Below the pieces are notes generated by a model that saw nothing but the letters and a program-made list of their open reading frames with translations, did no database searches and was not told the DNA's origin. Shown here piece by piece: positions 36,630 through 44,982 of a stretch of 64,000 nucleotides of DNA (positions are counted from its first letter, which is position 1; the number at the start of each line of letters is the position of its first letter). Source of the DNA: Chlamydia trachomatis (lineage in GTDB: Bacteria > Chlamydiota > Chlamydiia > Chlamydiales > 2-12-FULL-49-11); the NCBI GenBank assembly GCA_945872565.1, contig CAMBZN010000002.1, forward strand, positions 71,556 to 135,555. The letters run 5' to 3'. Made by a program: the position numbers and the translations under genes.

Positions 36630-37583
36630 ATGATGAGAACAATCGCTGGACTTTTATATGGCAGAGACGATGGTCACCTAGATCATCTTGCACCCACCTG
36701 CTCTATTTTAAACATTCCGCTGTTTATCACATCAGGCACTCTTTATTCTTTTGCCCTCAAACAATACCCTGATCTTACCTGCATTTTAGCAGCTCCCAAT
36801 CAAGTGGCAACATTGATCACAAAAGACTATGACACCCTTATATCTACCCTTCCCAGACAACTTATCGATCCAATTTTTCTCTTTGACCAGATTGCCTACA
36901 ATAAAAGACTCTCCACTTTTTGGTTGCCCCATGGTGCATCAGATAAAGACAATATGAAAGCACTCCTAGGTGAAGATTTTCTCCTTGTTTATGGTAGTAA
37001 AATGCGATCAATGCTTCCAGAACAGGCACAAGAAAAAGCCATTCTTACTGGTAACACAAGGCTTCAATATTTTATGAAGCACAAAAATTTCTACGATAAC
37101 CTCATCCCACCGCAATGGAAAAAAACAGATGAGCGATTAAACATATTGTATGCCCCCTCCTGGGAATCTGATCCGGCCTGCTGGATCAATCTAATGATCG
37201 CTCAAAGGCCGGCGGATACTAATTTATTTATAAAGCTCCACCCCAATAGCTATAAAAATGGAAGGCTTACTGCCCTTGCTATAAAATATGAAGGGTGTGA
37301 GGGGGTGTATTTCATTCAAGACTTTTTCCCCATCTACCCGTTGCTTGCTCAGATGGATGCTCTTTACACAGATACAAGTTCGGTTGGGTATGATTTTTTG
37401 TATTTTGATAAACCTCTTTTTTTTACAAACGACTTCATCACTCCTTTACATTCTTGCGGGACGATGGCAAGCAAAGAATCTATTTTTATCACCCCGCAAA
37501 CTAATTTATTTAGAGAAAATAGAGCAAAGCTTTATGCTCAGGTTTATGAAAAACAATGTAAACCAGATTTACATAGGTGGTAA
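36630..37583 (+). CDS. CDP-glycerol glycerophosphotransferase (TagB/TagF) family catalytic-domain protein
   Basis: 'ILYAPSWE', 'LFIKLHPN', 'LYTDTSSVGYDFLYFDKPLFF' match the family motifs (YAPTWR / K.HP / TDYSS..FDF....P..F). Confidence 0.6.
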   Translation: MMRTIAGLLYGRDDGHLDHLAPTCSILNIPLFITSGTLYSFALKQYPDLTCILAAPNQVATLITKDYDTLISTLPRQLIDPIFLFDQIAYNKRLSTFWLPHGASDKDNMKALLGEDFLLVYGSKMRSMLPEQAQEKAILTGNTRLQYFMKHKNFYDNLIPPQWKKTDERLNILYAPSWESDPACWINLMIAQRPADTNLFIKLHPNSYKNGRLTALAIKYEGCEGVYFIQDFFPIYPLLAQMDALYTDTSSVGYDFLYFDKPLFFTNDFITPLHSCGTMASKESIFITPQTNLFRENRAKLYAQVYEKQCKPDLHRW

Positions 37584-38630
37584 AATCGATACTTTTCTTA
37601 AATCTGAAAACTCAGGTAGAGCAATTTTTGCCTCAAGCTCACAAGATACCGCCCCTTCCTTTAATGAAAACACTTTGGAAACAAAAGCAACTAACAATCC
37701 TGCAGGAAACACACCGTCAAGTCCAGTAGTTAAAAGAACATCTCCCTTTTGAAATAATGGGACGGATGATCCTTGGTGAATTGACCTTGGCGGACCCTCA
37801 TCATCTCCGAAATCATAGTTAAACCCCACCCCCTGCAAGGTAAGGCTTCTGCCCCTCCATACAGGATAGCTACTCCCCATCATATACCCTTTTGCAAGGT
37901 AATAGCTCGGCTCAGCCTCTTTGAGAGAAGAGATCAAGCTTTCAACCTCTTGAATAAGCGATCTATTCACCTCAAGATCTTCAATTTGTAAAAGATCTTT
38001 TAGATGGTTACAGCAATTGTAAAGATGAACTTTTTGTTCATCGCCGCGAACGCAGCGAACTGCTGGATTAACCTTTGAATCTGTAATTAGTCGAACAAGG
38101 CTTTTAGTCCGTTCTACTTTTTCTACCACACCGACCAGTTGATTTCCAAATATTACGGGACTATTCACTGCTATAATTTCTTTTTTATAGATTTTATTTT
38201 CTCTTGACCCCACATCAACCCAAATTGCACTGCTCCAATTTGCAGGGTCTTTGTAAATCACATTGCATGGGACCTGCCATTTTGTTTGCTTTAAAAAGCT
38301 CACCATTTCATCCAAACGACGTGTATAAAAAGAAGAAAATTCTTCAGCATTTTCATTTTCATATCTGGTGCATTTTTTGTAGATGCTTTCGATATGATCA
38401 GCTGATAAAAGGTAGGCAGTAGCTGCCTCTATTTGTGTTTTTAGATGTACATTTTCTGCCCGAAGCTCTGAAATTTCTAAAGCTTTGTGATCAAGAGAGG
38501 ACAAGGCAAAAAGATCCTCAAAACCAAAAAAAGGGCCCCTAAGTGTTGAAAGGGGTGAAAATGGTAAATTAAGCAGTAAAAAGCACAGAATTGCTAGAAT
38601 AAAGTAAGAAAACCACGCCCTTTTTTTCAT
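37569..38630 (-). CDS. mreC: Rod-shape/cell-division protein MreC
   Basis: N-terminal TM, coiled coil ('LEISELRAENVHLKTQIE'), C-terminal 'GDVLLTTGLDGVFPAGLLVAFV'. Confidence 0.8.
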   Translation of the reverse strand: MKKRAWFSYFILAILCFLLLNLPFSPLSTLRGPFFGFEDLFALSSLDHKALEISELRAENVHLKTQIEAATAYLLSADHIESIYKKCTRYENENAEEFSSFYTRRLDEMVSFLKQTKWQVPCNVIYKDPANWSSAIWVDVGSRENKIYKKEIIAVNSPVIFGNQLVGVVEKVERTKSLVRLITDSKVNPAVRCVRGDEQKVHLYNCCNHLKDLLQIEDLEVNRSLIQEVESLISSLKEAEPSYYLAKGYMMGSSYPVWRGRSLTLQGVGFNYDFGDDEGPPRSIHQGSSVPLFQKGDVLLTTGLDGVFPAGLLVAFVSKVFSLKEGAVSCELEAKIALPEFSDLRKVSILPPM

Positions 38631-39815
38631 CTACCCTTCCTTTACCTTCCTTATACAATCCATAACATAGTCAAAACTTTTACTATTTAATCCAGGAAGG
38701 CTTACTCGCCCTGAATTAGTCAAATATACACCAAATTCTTTTTTTAATCGAGAGACTTGTTCAACGGTAAATGGAATCTGACAAAAAAAGCCGTACCCAT
38801 TTTTAATAGAAGCGCTAAACTTTTCTCCGAAAATAGGGGCAAGGGCGGTGCTAAATTTTTCTCTAATACCGTTAATACGGTTACGATAGCCCTCTAGCTC
38901 GTTTTCCCAAAGAGCTTTTAGGTGAGGATCCTTTAATATATTTCTAATCGCAAGGGCACCATGTGCAGGAGGGTTTGAATAATTCACTCGGACAAGGCGA
39001 TTTAAATTTCTTTGCAAGAGCCCCACTTGTTTAGGGTCTTTGATCACTGCATAAAAAGCACCTACCCTTTCATTGTAAATGGCAAAAGATTTAGAGAAAG
39101 AGTGAGCAACAAACAGATCATGCCCTTGATCTAAGAAAAAACCGATGACATGAGCATCCTCTTCTAACGACTGAGAAAAACCTTGGTATGCAGAATCAAT
39201 AAAAGGAAACAGGTCCCTTGCTTTGAGAATCGATGAAATTTGCTCCCACTGGGCTTTTGTAAAATCAATGCCTGTAGGATTATGACTTTTTGATTGAAGA
39301 AGTACTACCGTTTTTTCTGGTAGTTCATGTAAGTGCTTTACAAGGATAGAAAAATCCTCTACAGCCTGCTGATGCGGATAGGTGACTATTTGATAATCAA
39401 GGTCAGAAAGGATCTGGTTGTGATTATCCCAAGTAGGATCAGAAATCGAGGCGGTTTTGTACCCATTTTTTCTTAAAAATTCAAATCCTAAATGAAGCGC
39501 TGATGTACCCCCAACAGTTTGAACCATTGCCATCCTAGATTGATCGGCATCGTTAAAAATAAGCTTGGCTGTTGCCTCTAAAAATTCTCTATCTCCGCTA
39601 ATACTAAGATAGGCCTTGGTTGTTTCCTCCTCAATTAGCATTTTTTCTGCCTTTTTTAAGGTAGACATAATAGGAGGTTTTCCCCCTTCATCTGGAACAT
39701 ATACCCCAACAGTTAAGTCGACCTTAAAGTCTCTTAAATCTTGTCGATACTCTGTTTGGATTCCAAATATTGGGTCTGTACCTGGGTCATTTAAGCGATC
39801 AACTATTGCCATCAT
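38631..39815 (-). CDS. aspC: Aspartate/aromatic amino acid aminotransferase (class I)
   Basis: PLP-lysine motif 'HSFSKSFAIYNERVG', 'GVY.PDEGG', 'SKSHNPTG'. 394 aa. Confidence 0.9.
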   Translation of the reverse strand: MMAIVDRLNDPGTDPIFGIQTEYRQDLRDFKVDLTVGVYVPDEGGKPPIMSTLKKAEKMLIEEETTKAYLSISGDREFLEATAKLIFNDADQSRMAMVQTVGGTSALHLGFEFLRKNGYKTASISDPTWDNHNQILSDLDYQIVTYPHQQAVEDFSILVKHLHELPEKTVVLLQSKSHNPTGIDFTKAQWEQISSILKARDLFPFIDSAYQGFSQSLEEDAHVIGFFLDQGHDLFVAHSFSKSFAIYNERVGAFYAVIKDPKQVGLLQRNLNRLVRVNYSNPPAHGALAIRNILKDPHLKALWENELEGYRNRINGIREKFSTALAPIFGEKFSASIKNGYGFFCQIPFTVEQVSRLKKEFGVYLTNSGRVSLPGLNSKSFDYVMDCIRKVKEG

Positions 39816-39838
39816 TCCTCAAAAAAAATAATAAATAT

Positions 39839-39911
39839 TGGAGTGTAACGGGATCGAACCGATGACCTCAACGCTGCCAGCGTTACGCTCTACCAATTGA
39901 GCTAACACCCC
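39839..39911 (-). tRNA. tRNA-Ala (anticodon GGC), CCA not encoded
   Basis: Reverse complement is GGGGTGTTAGCTCAATTGGTAGAGCGTAACGCTGGCAGCGTTGAGGTCATCGGTTCGATCCCGTTACACTCCA. It folds as a 7-bp acceptor stem with the G3:U70 Ala identity pair, anticodon loop CTGGCAG and T-arm GGTTCGATCC. Confidence 0.9.
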
Positions 39912-39966
39912 ACTATAGAGCAGAAGTATACCCGGCAGTGCCTATAAGGTCCAGAAAAATCACCCC

Positions 39967-41640
39967 TTATGAACTGCTGTTTTTCTCAATAGCTTCTAGA
40001 AAGGCTTGCAGTTGACCGGCCCTTGTAGGATGTCGCATCTTTCTTAAAGCTTTGGCCTCAATTTGCCTTACCCTTTCTCTTGTAACCTTAAAGTGAAGGC
40101 CTACTTCCTCAAGAGTTTTTGGTTTTCCGTCAATTAGACCAAATCGTTCAATTAGCACCGTTCGCTCTCTTTCAGTAAGAGAGTGTAGCACCTCGTTCAT
40201 TTTTTCTTTTAAAATCGAGTAGCCTGTTGCATCAGAGGGCGATTCTACAGAAGTGTCTTCTAAAAAATCTCCAAATTGACTCTCGCCGCTATCTCCAACT
40301 TCAGCTTGCAATGAAATTGGGTGTTGAGCGATCTTATAGATTTCACGCACCCGATCTGGGGTAAGGCCAAGTTCTTTGGCAAGCTCTTCTGGGGTTGGTT
40401 CTTTTCCAGTTTCCATCATGAGCTTTTTAGCACCTCGTAGCACTTTATTAATTGTTTCTATCATGTGCACAGGGATACGGATCGTTCTTGCCTGATCTGC
40501 AATAGCACGGGTCACAGCTTGCCGAATCCACCATGTTGCGTAGGTAGAAAATTTATACCCGCGACGGTATTCAAATTTTTCTACCGCCTTCATAAGGCCC
40601 ATATTTCCCTCTTGGATAAGATCAAGAAAGGAGAGCCCTCGATTGGTATACTTTTTTGCGATAGAAATCACAAGGCGAAGGTTAGATTCAACCATCTCTC
40701 GTTTTGCCTCACGGCTTTTGTCCATCCAACGTTGGAGCATTCGCACATCTTTTTTAAACTCATCAATTGTTCTACCGGCAGCAAGCTCTAATCTAATGAG
40801 CTTTTCTGTACTTGAGTAAAGCTTTGCACGAGCGAATCGATTTTTCTCTGCTCGGGGGATAAGTTCTGTGATCTCCTTTTCCAAGATTAAAAAAATGTCA
40901 TAGCTTGATAATACCACCTCTCCAAGATCTTCCACAATATCATATCTAAAGTGCATACGTCGCAAGTATGCCTGAACACGAATCCTACTTTTTTCTAATT
41001 CTTCTAAGACCTTTACTTTTTCTATTTTAGTAAGACTTGATTTTTTCACCTCACGAAGATAGGCGTCCTGCCTCTCATCTTCATCGCGCATCAGTCTATA
41101 GAGCTTAGGTAAACTGTCAAAAAACTTCTTCTTGTCAGGGATTTCCTTTTCTGTGACTATTTTATCAAAACGCTCTTTTCCTTTATTTAAAAACTCAATC
41201 ATGGAAAGAGTTTCTGAAATTGCATACCTAAAGCGTAAAATGATTTTTTCTACTTGAATTTGCGCTTTTTCAATACGCTTAGAAATCTCTACTTCCTCTT
41301 CACGGGTAAGCAGTGGCACCGATCCCATCTCTTTTAGATACATCCTAACAGGATCATCTGAGGACCCCTCATTTCTTTTAGGGGCGGCATCAACTTCTTT
41401 TGCTTCTTTTTTTCGCTCTTTTTGGCGATCAACCTCTGCCTGATTGAAAATCTGAATGTCCATCCCGCTTAAAAAAATCAATATTTGATCGATGTCTTCT
41501 GCGGAATCAAAACTCATTGGAAGAATATCATTAATTTCTTCGTAGGTGATATATCCTTGATCTTTTGAGATAGCAACAATTTCTTCAATCTTTTGCTGGT
41601 ATTGAGGATCAAACGTTTTTGAACTTTGAGAATCGGACAT
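39967..41640 (-). CDS. rpoD: RNA polymerase primary sigma factor (sigma-70/sigma-66 type), downstream copy, 557 aa
   Basis: All regions present: 1.1, 1.2 ('[11 protein letters not shown]'), 2 ('[72 protein letters not shown]'), 3 and 4.2 ('[19 protein letters not shown]'). Confidence 0.95.
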   Translation of the reverse strand: MSDSQSSKTFDPQYQQKIEEIVAISKDQGYITYEEINDILPMSFDSAEDIDQILIFLSGMDIQIFNQAEVDRQKERKKEAKEVDAAPKRNEGSSDDPVRMYLKEMGSVPLLTREEEVEISKRIEKAQIQVEKIILRFRYAISETLSMIEFLNKGKERFDKIVTEKEIPDKKKFFDSLPKLYRLMRDEDERQDAYLREVKKSSLTKIEKVKVLEELEKSRIRVQAYLRRMHFRYDIVEDLGEVVLSSYDIFLILEKEITELIPRAEKNRFARAKLYSSTEKLIRLELAAGRTIDEFKKDVRMLQRWMDKSREAKREMVESNLRLVISIAKKYTNRGLSFLDLIQEGNMGLMKAVEKFEYRRGYKFSTYATWWIRQAVTRAIADQARTIRIPVHMIETINKVLRGAKKLMMETGKEPTPEELAKELGLTPDRVREIYKIAQHPISLQAEVGDSGESQFGDFLEDTSVESPSDATGYSILKEKMNEVLHSLTERERTVLIERFGLIDGKPKTLEEVGLHFKVTRERVRQIEAKALRKMRHPTRAGQLQAFLEAIEKNSSS

Positions 41641-41670
41641 AAAAACCTATACCCATAGAGGAATTAGCCC

Positions 41671-41699
41671 ATCCTAGCATTTTAAATTTATATTGTAAA
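41671..41699 (-). promoter_or_regulatory. Promoter candidate in the 80-bp spacer between the two rpoD copies
   Basis: Minus strand reads TTTACA-N17-TAGGAT, ending about 30 nt upstream of the downstream rpoD ATG. Confidence 0.3.
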
Positions 41700-41720
41700 T
41701 TAGTTAATACTATTTATTAT

Positions 41721-43382
41721 TTAAGCACATTTAGCCTTATTTGCCACTTCTAAAAATGCCTGCAACTGAGAAGACCTTGTTGGATGCCGCATTTTTCGGA
41801 GCGCCTTTGCTTCAATTTGCCTTACTCGTTCACGGGTAACTTTGAAATATACACCCACCTCTTCAAGAGTTTTTGGCTTTCCATCAATGAGCCCAAATCT
41901 TTCGATTAAAACCGTTCTCTCTCTTTCTGATAGGGAGGACAAAACTTCATTGATTTTATCTTTCAAAATGGTATAGCCAGTTGCATCTGATGGCGATTCC
42001 GCCCCAGTATCTTCCAAAAAGTCTCCAAATTGACTATCGCCTGTTTCTCCCACCTCTGATTGTAATGAAATGGGATGTTGAGCTATTTTATAGATTTCCT
42101 GAATTCGATCAGTACTAATGCCTAAGATTTTAGAAAGTTCTTCAGATGTCGGCTCCTTGCCTGTTTCCATCATCAACCTTTTTGCCCCTCGAAGCACTTT
42201 ATTGATTGTCTCTATCATATGAACTGGGATTCTAATTGTCCTTGCCTGATCTGAAATCGCCCGTTGCACTGCCTGCCTTATCCACCAAGTTGCGTAGGTA
42301 GAAAACTTATACCCTCTGCGGTACTCAAATTTCTCAACAGCCTTCATAAGACCCATATTCCCCTCTTGGATCAAGTCCAAGAAAGAAAGACCTCGATTGG
42401 TGAATTTTTTTGCAATGGAGATAACCAACCGAAGATTGGATTCAACCATCTCTTTTTTCGCCTCCTGGCTTTTATCAATCCATCTCTTGAGCATACGAAT
42501 ATCTTTTTTAAAGTCGGTTAAAGATCGGCCAGCAGCTAGTTCCTTTTTTCGTAGCTTTTGCTCAACAGATCGTAACTTAGCACGAGCAAACCGATTTTTC
42601 TCAGCTCGCGGTGCAAGCTCTTTCATTTCATTTTCAAGTTTTAAAAAGACATCATAGCTAGATAAAATCACCTCTCCAAAGCTTTCAATGATTTCATATC
42701 TGAAATGAAGGCGTCGTAAATAAGCTGCAGTTCGAATGAGGCTTTTTTCAATTTCCTCAGAAATTTTTGCTTTTTCAATTTTTGAAACACCCTCATCTTC
42801 TAACATTAGAAGGTAATGATAGAATTTCTCATCTTCATCACTCATAAGCTTATGCAGTTTAGGAAGCATCTGGTGGAACCGATTTTTATCAGTAATCTTT
42901 TTCTCTATCACAATTCTATCAAATCTTTCCTTTCCAGCATTCAAAAAATTGATGATTGACAGTGACTCAGAAACTGCATATCTAAAGCGGAGAATAATTT
43001 TTTCCGCTTGCATTTGTGCTTTTTCAATCCTTTTAGAGATCTCTACTTCTTCCTCTCTTGTTAGCAAGGGAGAAGAGCCCATCTCTTTTAGGTACATTCT
43101 TACCGGATCATCAGAAGTCCCTTCGGTTCTTTTAACAGCAAAGGTCTCTTTTGACTCCTTTACTCTTTCAATTCTTCGATCCACTTCTGTTTGATTTAAG
43201 ATTTCTACGTCCATTCCAATCAAATAAATAAGAATCTGATCTAACTCATCGCCTGAATCAATGGATAAAGGCAATGTATCATTTATCTCTTCATATGTAA
43301 TAAATCCCTGATCTTTAGCAATTGCTACGATCTCCTCGATTTTTTGATGATAGGAAATATCAAGCGTATTTTGCTCAGACAT
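41721..43382 (-). CDS. rpoD: RNA polymerase primary-type sigma factor (sigma-70/sigma-66 type), upstream copy, 553 aa
   Basis: Same full domain set. Region 2.4 reads '[25 protein letters not shown]'. Strong AAGGAGG RBS. Roughly three quarters identical to the neighbouring copy by eye. Confidence 0.93.
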   Translation of the reverse strand: MSEQNTLDISYHQKIEEIVAIAKDQGFITYEEINDTLPLSIDSGDELDQILIYLIGMDVEILNQTEVDRRIERVKESKETFAVKRTEGTSDDPVRMYLKEMGSSPLLTREEEVEISKRIEKAQMQAEKIILRFRYAVSESLSIINFLNAGKERFDRIVIEKKITDKNRFHQMLPKLHKLMSDEDEKFYHYLLMLEDEGVSKIEKAKISEEIEKSLIRTAAYLRRLHFRYEIIESFGEVILSSYDVFLKLENEMKELAPRAEKNRFARAKLRSVEQKLRKKELAAGRSLTDFKKDIRMLKRWIDKSQEAKKEMVESNLRLVISIAKKFTNRGLSFLDLIQEGNMGLMKAVEKFEYRRGYKFSTYATWWIRQAVQRAISDQARTIRIPVHMIETINKVLRGAKRLMMETGKEPTSEELSKILGISTDRIQEIYKIAQHPISLQSEVGETGDSQFGDFLEDTGAESPSDATGYTILKDKINEVLSSLSERERTVLIERFGLIDGKPKTLEEVGVYFKVTRERVRQIEAKALRKMRHPTRSSQLQAFLEVANKAKCA

Positions 43383-43491
43383 AAATAAAAACCTCCTTTT
43401 GAAGGAGAAACTTTACCATTTTTATATAATATTGTCCATTCTTCATAGTTAAAAGGTGCAATAAAAATTCCCGTCAAGGTAAAATCAGAGT

Positions 43492-44088
43492 ATGTATATC
43501 AATAACCGACTACACCTTGCAGTTCAGCGTAAGATCATCCAACTAATAGGGGAAAACTGCTGCAAATTAGAGCACCGAATCAAAAATCATATCGCCGATA
43601 TCTACTGGGTGTCTCAAAACATTGTATTTGAGGTGCAATGTTCCCCCATCACTTTAAAAGAAGCTGTTTCCCGCACCAAAGATTTTGAAAATTTAGGAGT
43701 TGGTATCATCTGGATTTTACATCAAAAAACCTATAATAAAACCCACATGAATCCTGCCGAAAAATATTTAGTAACCGGAAAAAACGTCTACTATAGCAAC
43801 ATCGATCAAGGGGGTGATGGGATCATATTTGATCAAGAACAAGCCATTTTATTTAACAAACGGCTGCACAAAAGCTGCCCCAAACAAGTAAACCTGACCC
43901 TTGTCTATAAAAGTTTCTTTTCAAAAAAACTCAAATTCGAAGGGGCTGTTCAAAGAACAAATATTTTAAAAAGAATAGCCCTTCACCCCGAAATATTTAA
44001 GAAAAAAATGTCTTTTACCCTACAAATAATGCGACAAAGGGCGATCTACGCTTTTACCGCTTTAAAGTGGCATATCTCTTTAGGTTAA
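43492..44088 (+). CDS. CoiA-like (competence protein CoiA family) nuclease-domain protein
   Basis: 'ADIYWVSQNIVFEVQCSPITLKEAVSRTKDFENLGVGIIWILH' parallels the CoiA core ('..D....I.IE.QCS.....L..RT..Y...G..V.W.L'). Confidence 0.55.
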   Translation: MYINNRLHLAVQRKIIQLIGENCCKLEHRIKNHIADIYWVSQNIVFEVQCSPITLKEAVSRTKDFENLGVGIIWILHQKTYNKTHMNPAEKYLVTGKNVYYSNIDQGGDGIIFDQEQAILFNKRLHKSCPKQVNLTLVYKSFFSKKLKFEGAVQRTNILKRIALHPEIFKKKMSFTLQIMRQRAIYAFTALKWHISLG

Positions 44089-44631
44089 TATTTTTTCTGA
44101 AAAAAACCGCTTTTGTAAGATAGAGAAATATACAAAGATCCCAAGACCAATCAGTGCATAAACCATCTCTTTAATAGGAAAGAGTCGAGTAAGAGAGACA
44201 ACTGGATCTTTTTCAGAACCATACCAATAGCATTTCCAATCCCGATTCTTCATTTGCTCTATTGCAGCAAGGGCTCCCTCTTCAGAAAGATAGGGGCTTG
44301 TTTCAAAAAGATACTGGGATGTATGCTCCTGCACCCCCCTTGTATGAAATTTAAAATCGGCACAAATGACAAACCTTTCCTTTTCCATCTCTATCACTCC
44401 CCAGTCAAATATCTGGACGATAGAGGTGTTAGCTTGCTTGTTATAAATAAAATACTTCACAGCAAACCCTGCAAAAAGCCAAAGAAAAGTCAAAAGGGAG
44501 GCCATGACCAGAGCGGCCCATACATTTTTTGGAGTAATATATTCTTGAATTATCTTCATACAAACGTCCTTACAATTTTCTTTGACAAAAAGTCTATTCC
44601 CATTTATACTTTGTCTTGAAAATAAATTCAC
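44080..44631 (-). CDS. Two-TM membrane protein (TM, soluble beta region, TM; DUF3592-like layout)
   Basis: TMs 'VWAALVMASLLTFLWLFAGFAV' and 'VYALIGLGIFVYFSIL'. The family assignment is only a guess. Confidence 0.4.
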   Translation of the reverse strand: MNLFSRQSINGNRLFVKENCKDVCMKIIQEYITPKNVWAALVMASLLTFLWLFAGFAVKYFIYNKQANTSIVQIFDWGVIEMEKERFVICADFKFHTRGVQEHTSQYLFETSPYLSEEGALAAIEQMKNRDWKCYWYGSEKDPVVSLTRLFPIKEMVYALIGLGIFVYFSILQKRFFSEKILT

Positions 44632-44666
44632 TACAAAAAATTGTTTGATTTAATAGAGGTCCTGTA

Positions 44667-44942
44667 ATGTCAGAAGATAACAAAGACGAGAAGAAATTTC
44701 CTAATAGAAGGCCGACAGAATTAAAGCGTCACCTTCAAGATGAAAAAAAACACTTGAGAAATAGAACTTGGAAGAGAAGAATACAAACCGCTCGCGTGCA
44801 ATTCTTAAAAGAAGAATCTACACCAGCAAAAGCTCCTCTTTTACAAACGTTTTACAGCCTTTTAGATAAAGCTGTTAAAAACAAAATCATTAAGAAGGGA
44901 AAGGCATCTCGCCTAAAATCCCGCTTTGCGAAAAAAGTCTAA
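44667..44942 (+). CDS. rpsT: 30S ribosomal protein S20
   Basis: Basic 91-aa protein. 'RHLQDEKKHLRNRTWKRRIQT...LDKAVKNKIIKKGKASRLKSRFAKK' fits the S20 pattern. Confidence 0.85.
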   Translation: MSEDNKDEKKFPNRRPTELKRHLQDEKKHLRNRTWKRRIQTARVQFLKEESTPAKAPLLQTFYSLLDKAVKNKIIKKGKASRLKSRFAKKV

Positions 44943-44945
44943 TTT

Positions 44946-44976
44946 AAAAGCAGCTTGTAACCCATGCTGCTTTTTT
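44946..44976. terminator. Rho-independent-type hairpin between convergent rpsT and tpsB
   Basis: AAAAGCAGC-N11-GCTGCTTTTTT: short GC stem flanked by an A-run and a T-run, so it could act in both directions. Confidence 0.45.
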
Positions 44977-44982
44977 AAACTT

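Larger units (their letters stand above)
39967..43382 (-). repeat. Diverged tandem (head-to-tail) duplication of about 1.7 kb carrying rpoD
   Basis: The two units are collinear over their whole length. DNA similarity is highest in the 3' halves (e.g. 'ccaccatgttgcgtaggtagaaaatttataccc' versus 'ccaccaagttgcgtaggtagaaaacttataccc'). Confidence 0.9.

Noticed and set aside
37288-37752. 154-aa plus-strand ORF overlapping the TagF-like gene and mreC
   Set aside because: It is out of frame with the motif-bearing TagF-like ORF and antisense to mreC. It is Ser/Leu/Phe-rich and looks like shadow sequence.
40465-40791. Plus-strand ORFs of 81-108 aa inside both rpoD genes (40465-40791, 42264-42521, 42397-42657, 42949-43194)
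   Set aside because: They lie opposite highly conserved sigma-factor coding sequence. Their recurrence in both copies simply reflects the duplication, and nothing in them is recognisable.
39967-43382. The rpoD tandem repeat as an assembly or collapse artefact, or as one gene plus a pseudogene
   Set aside because: The copies differ throughout at synonymous and non-synonymous sites and have different flanks. Both are uninterrupted and full length with all functional motifs.
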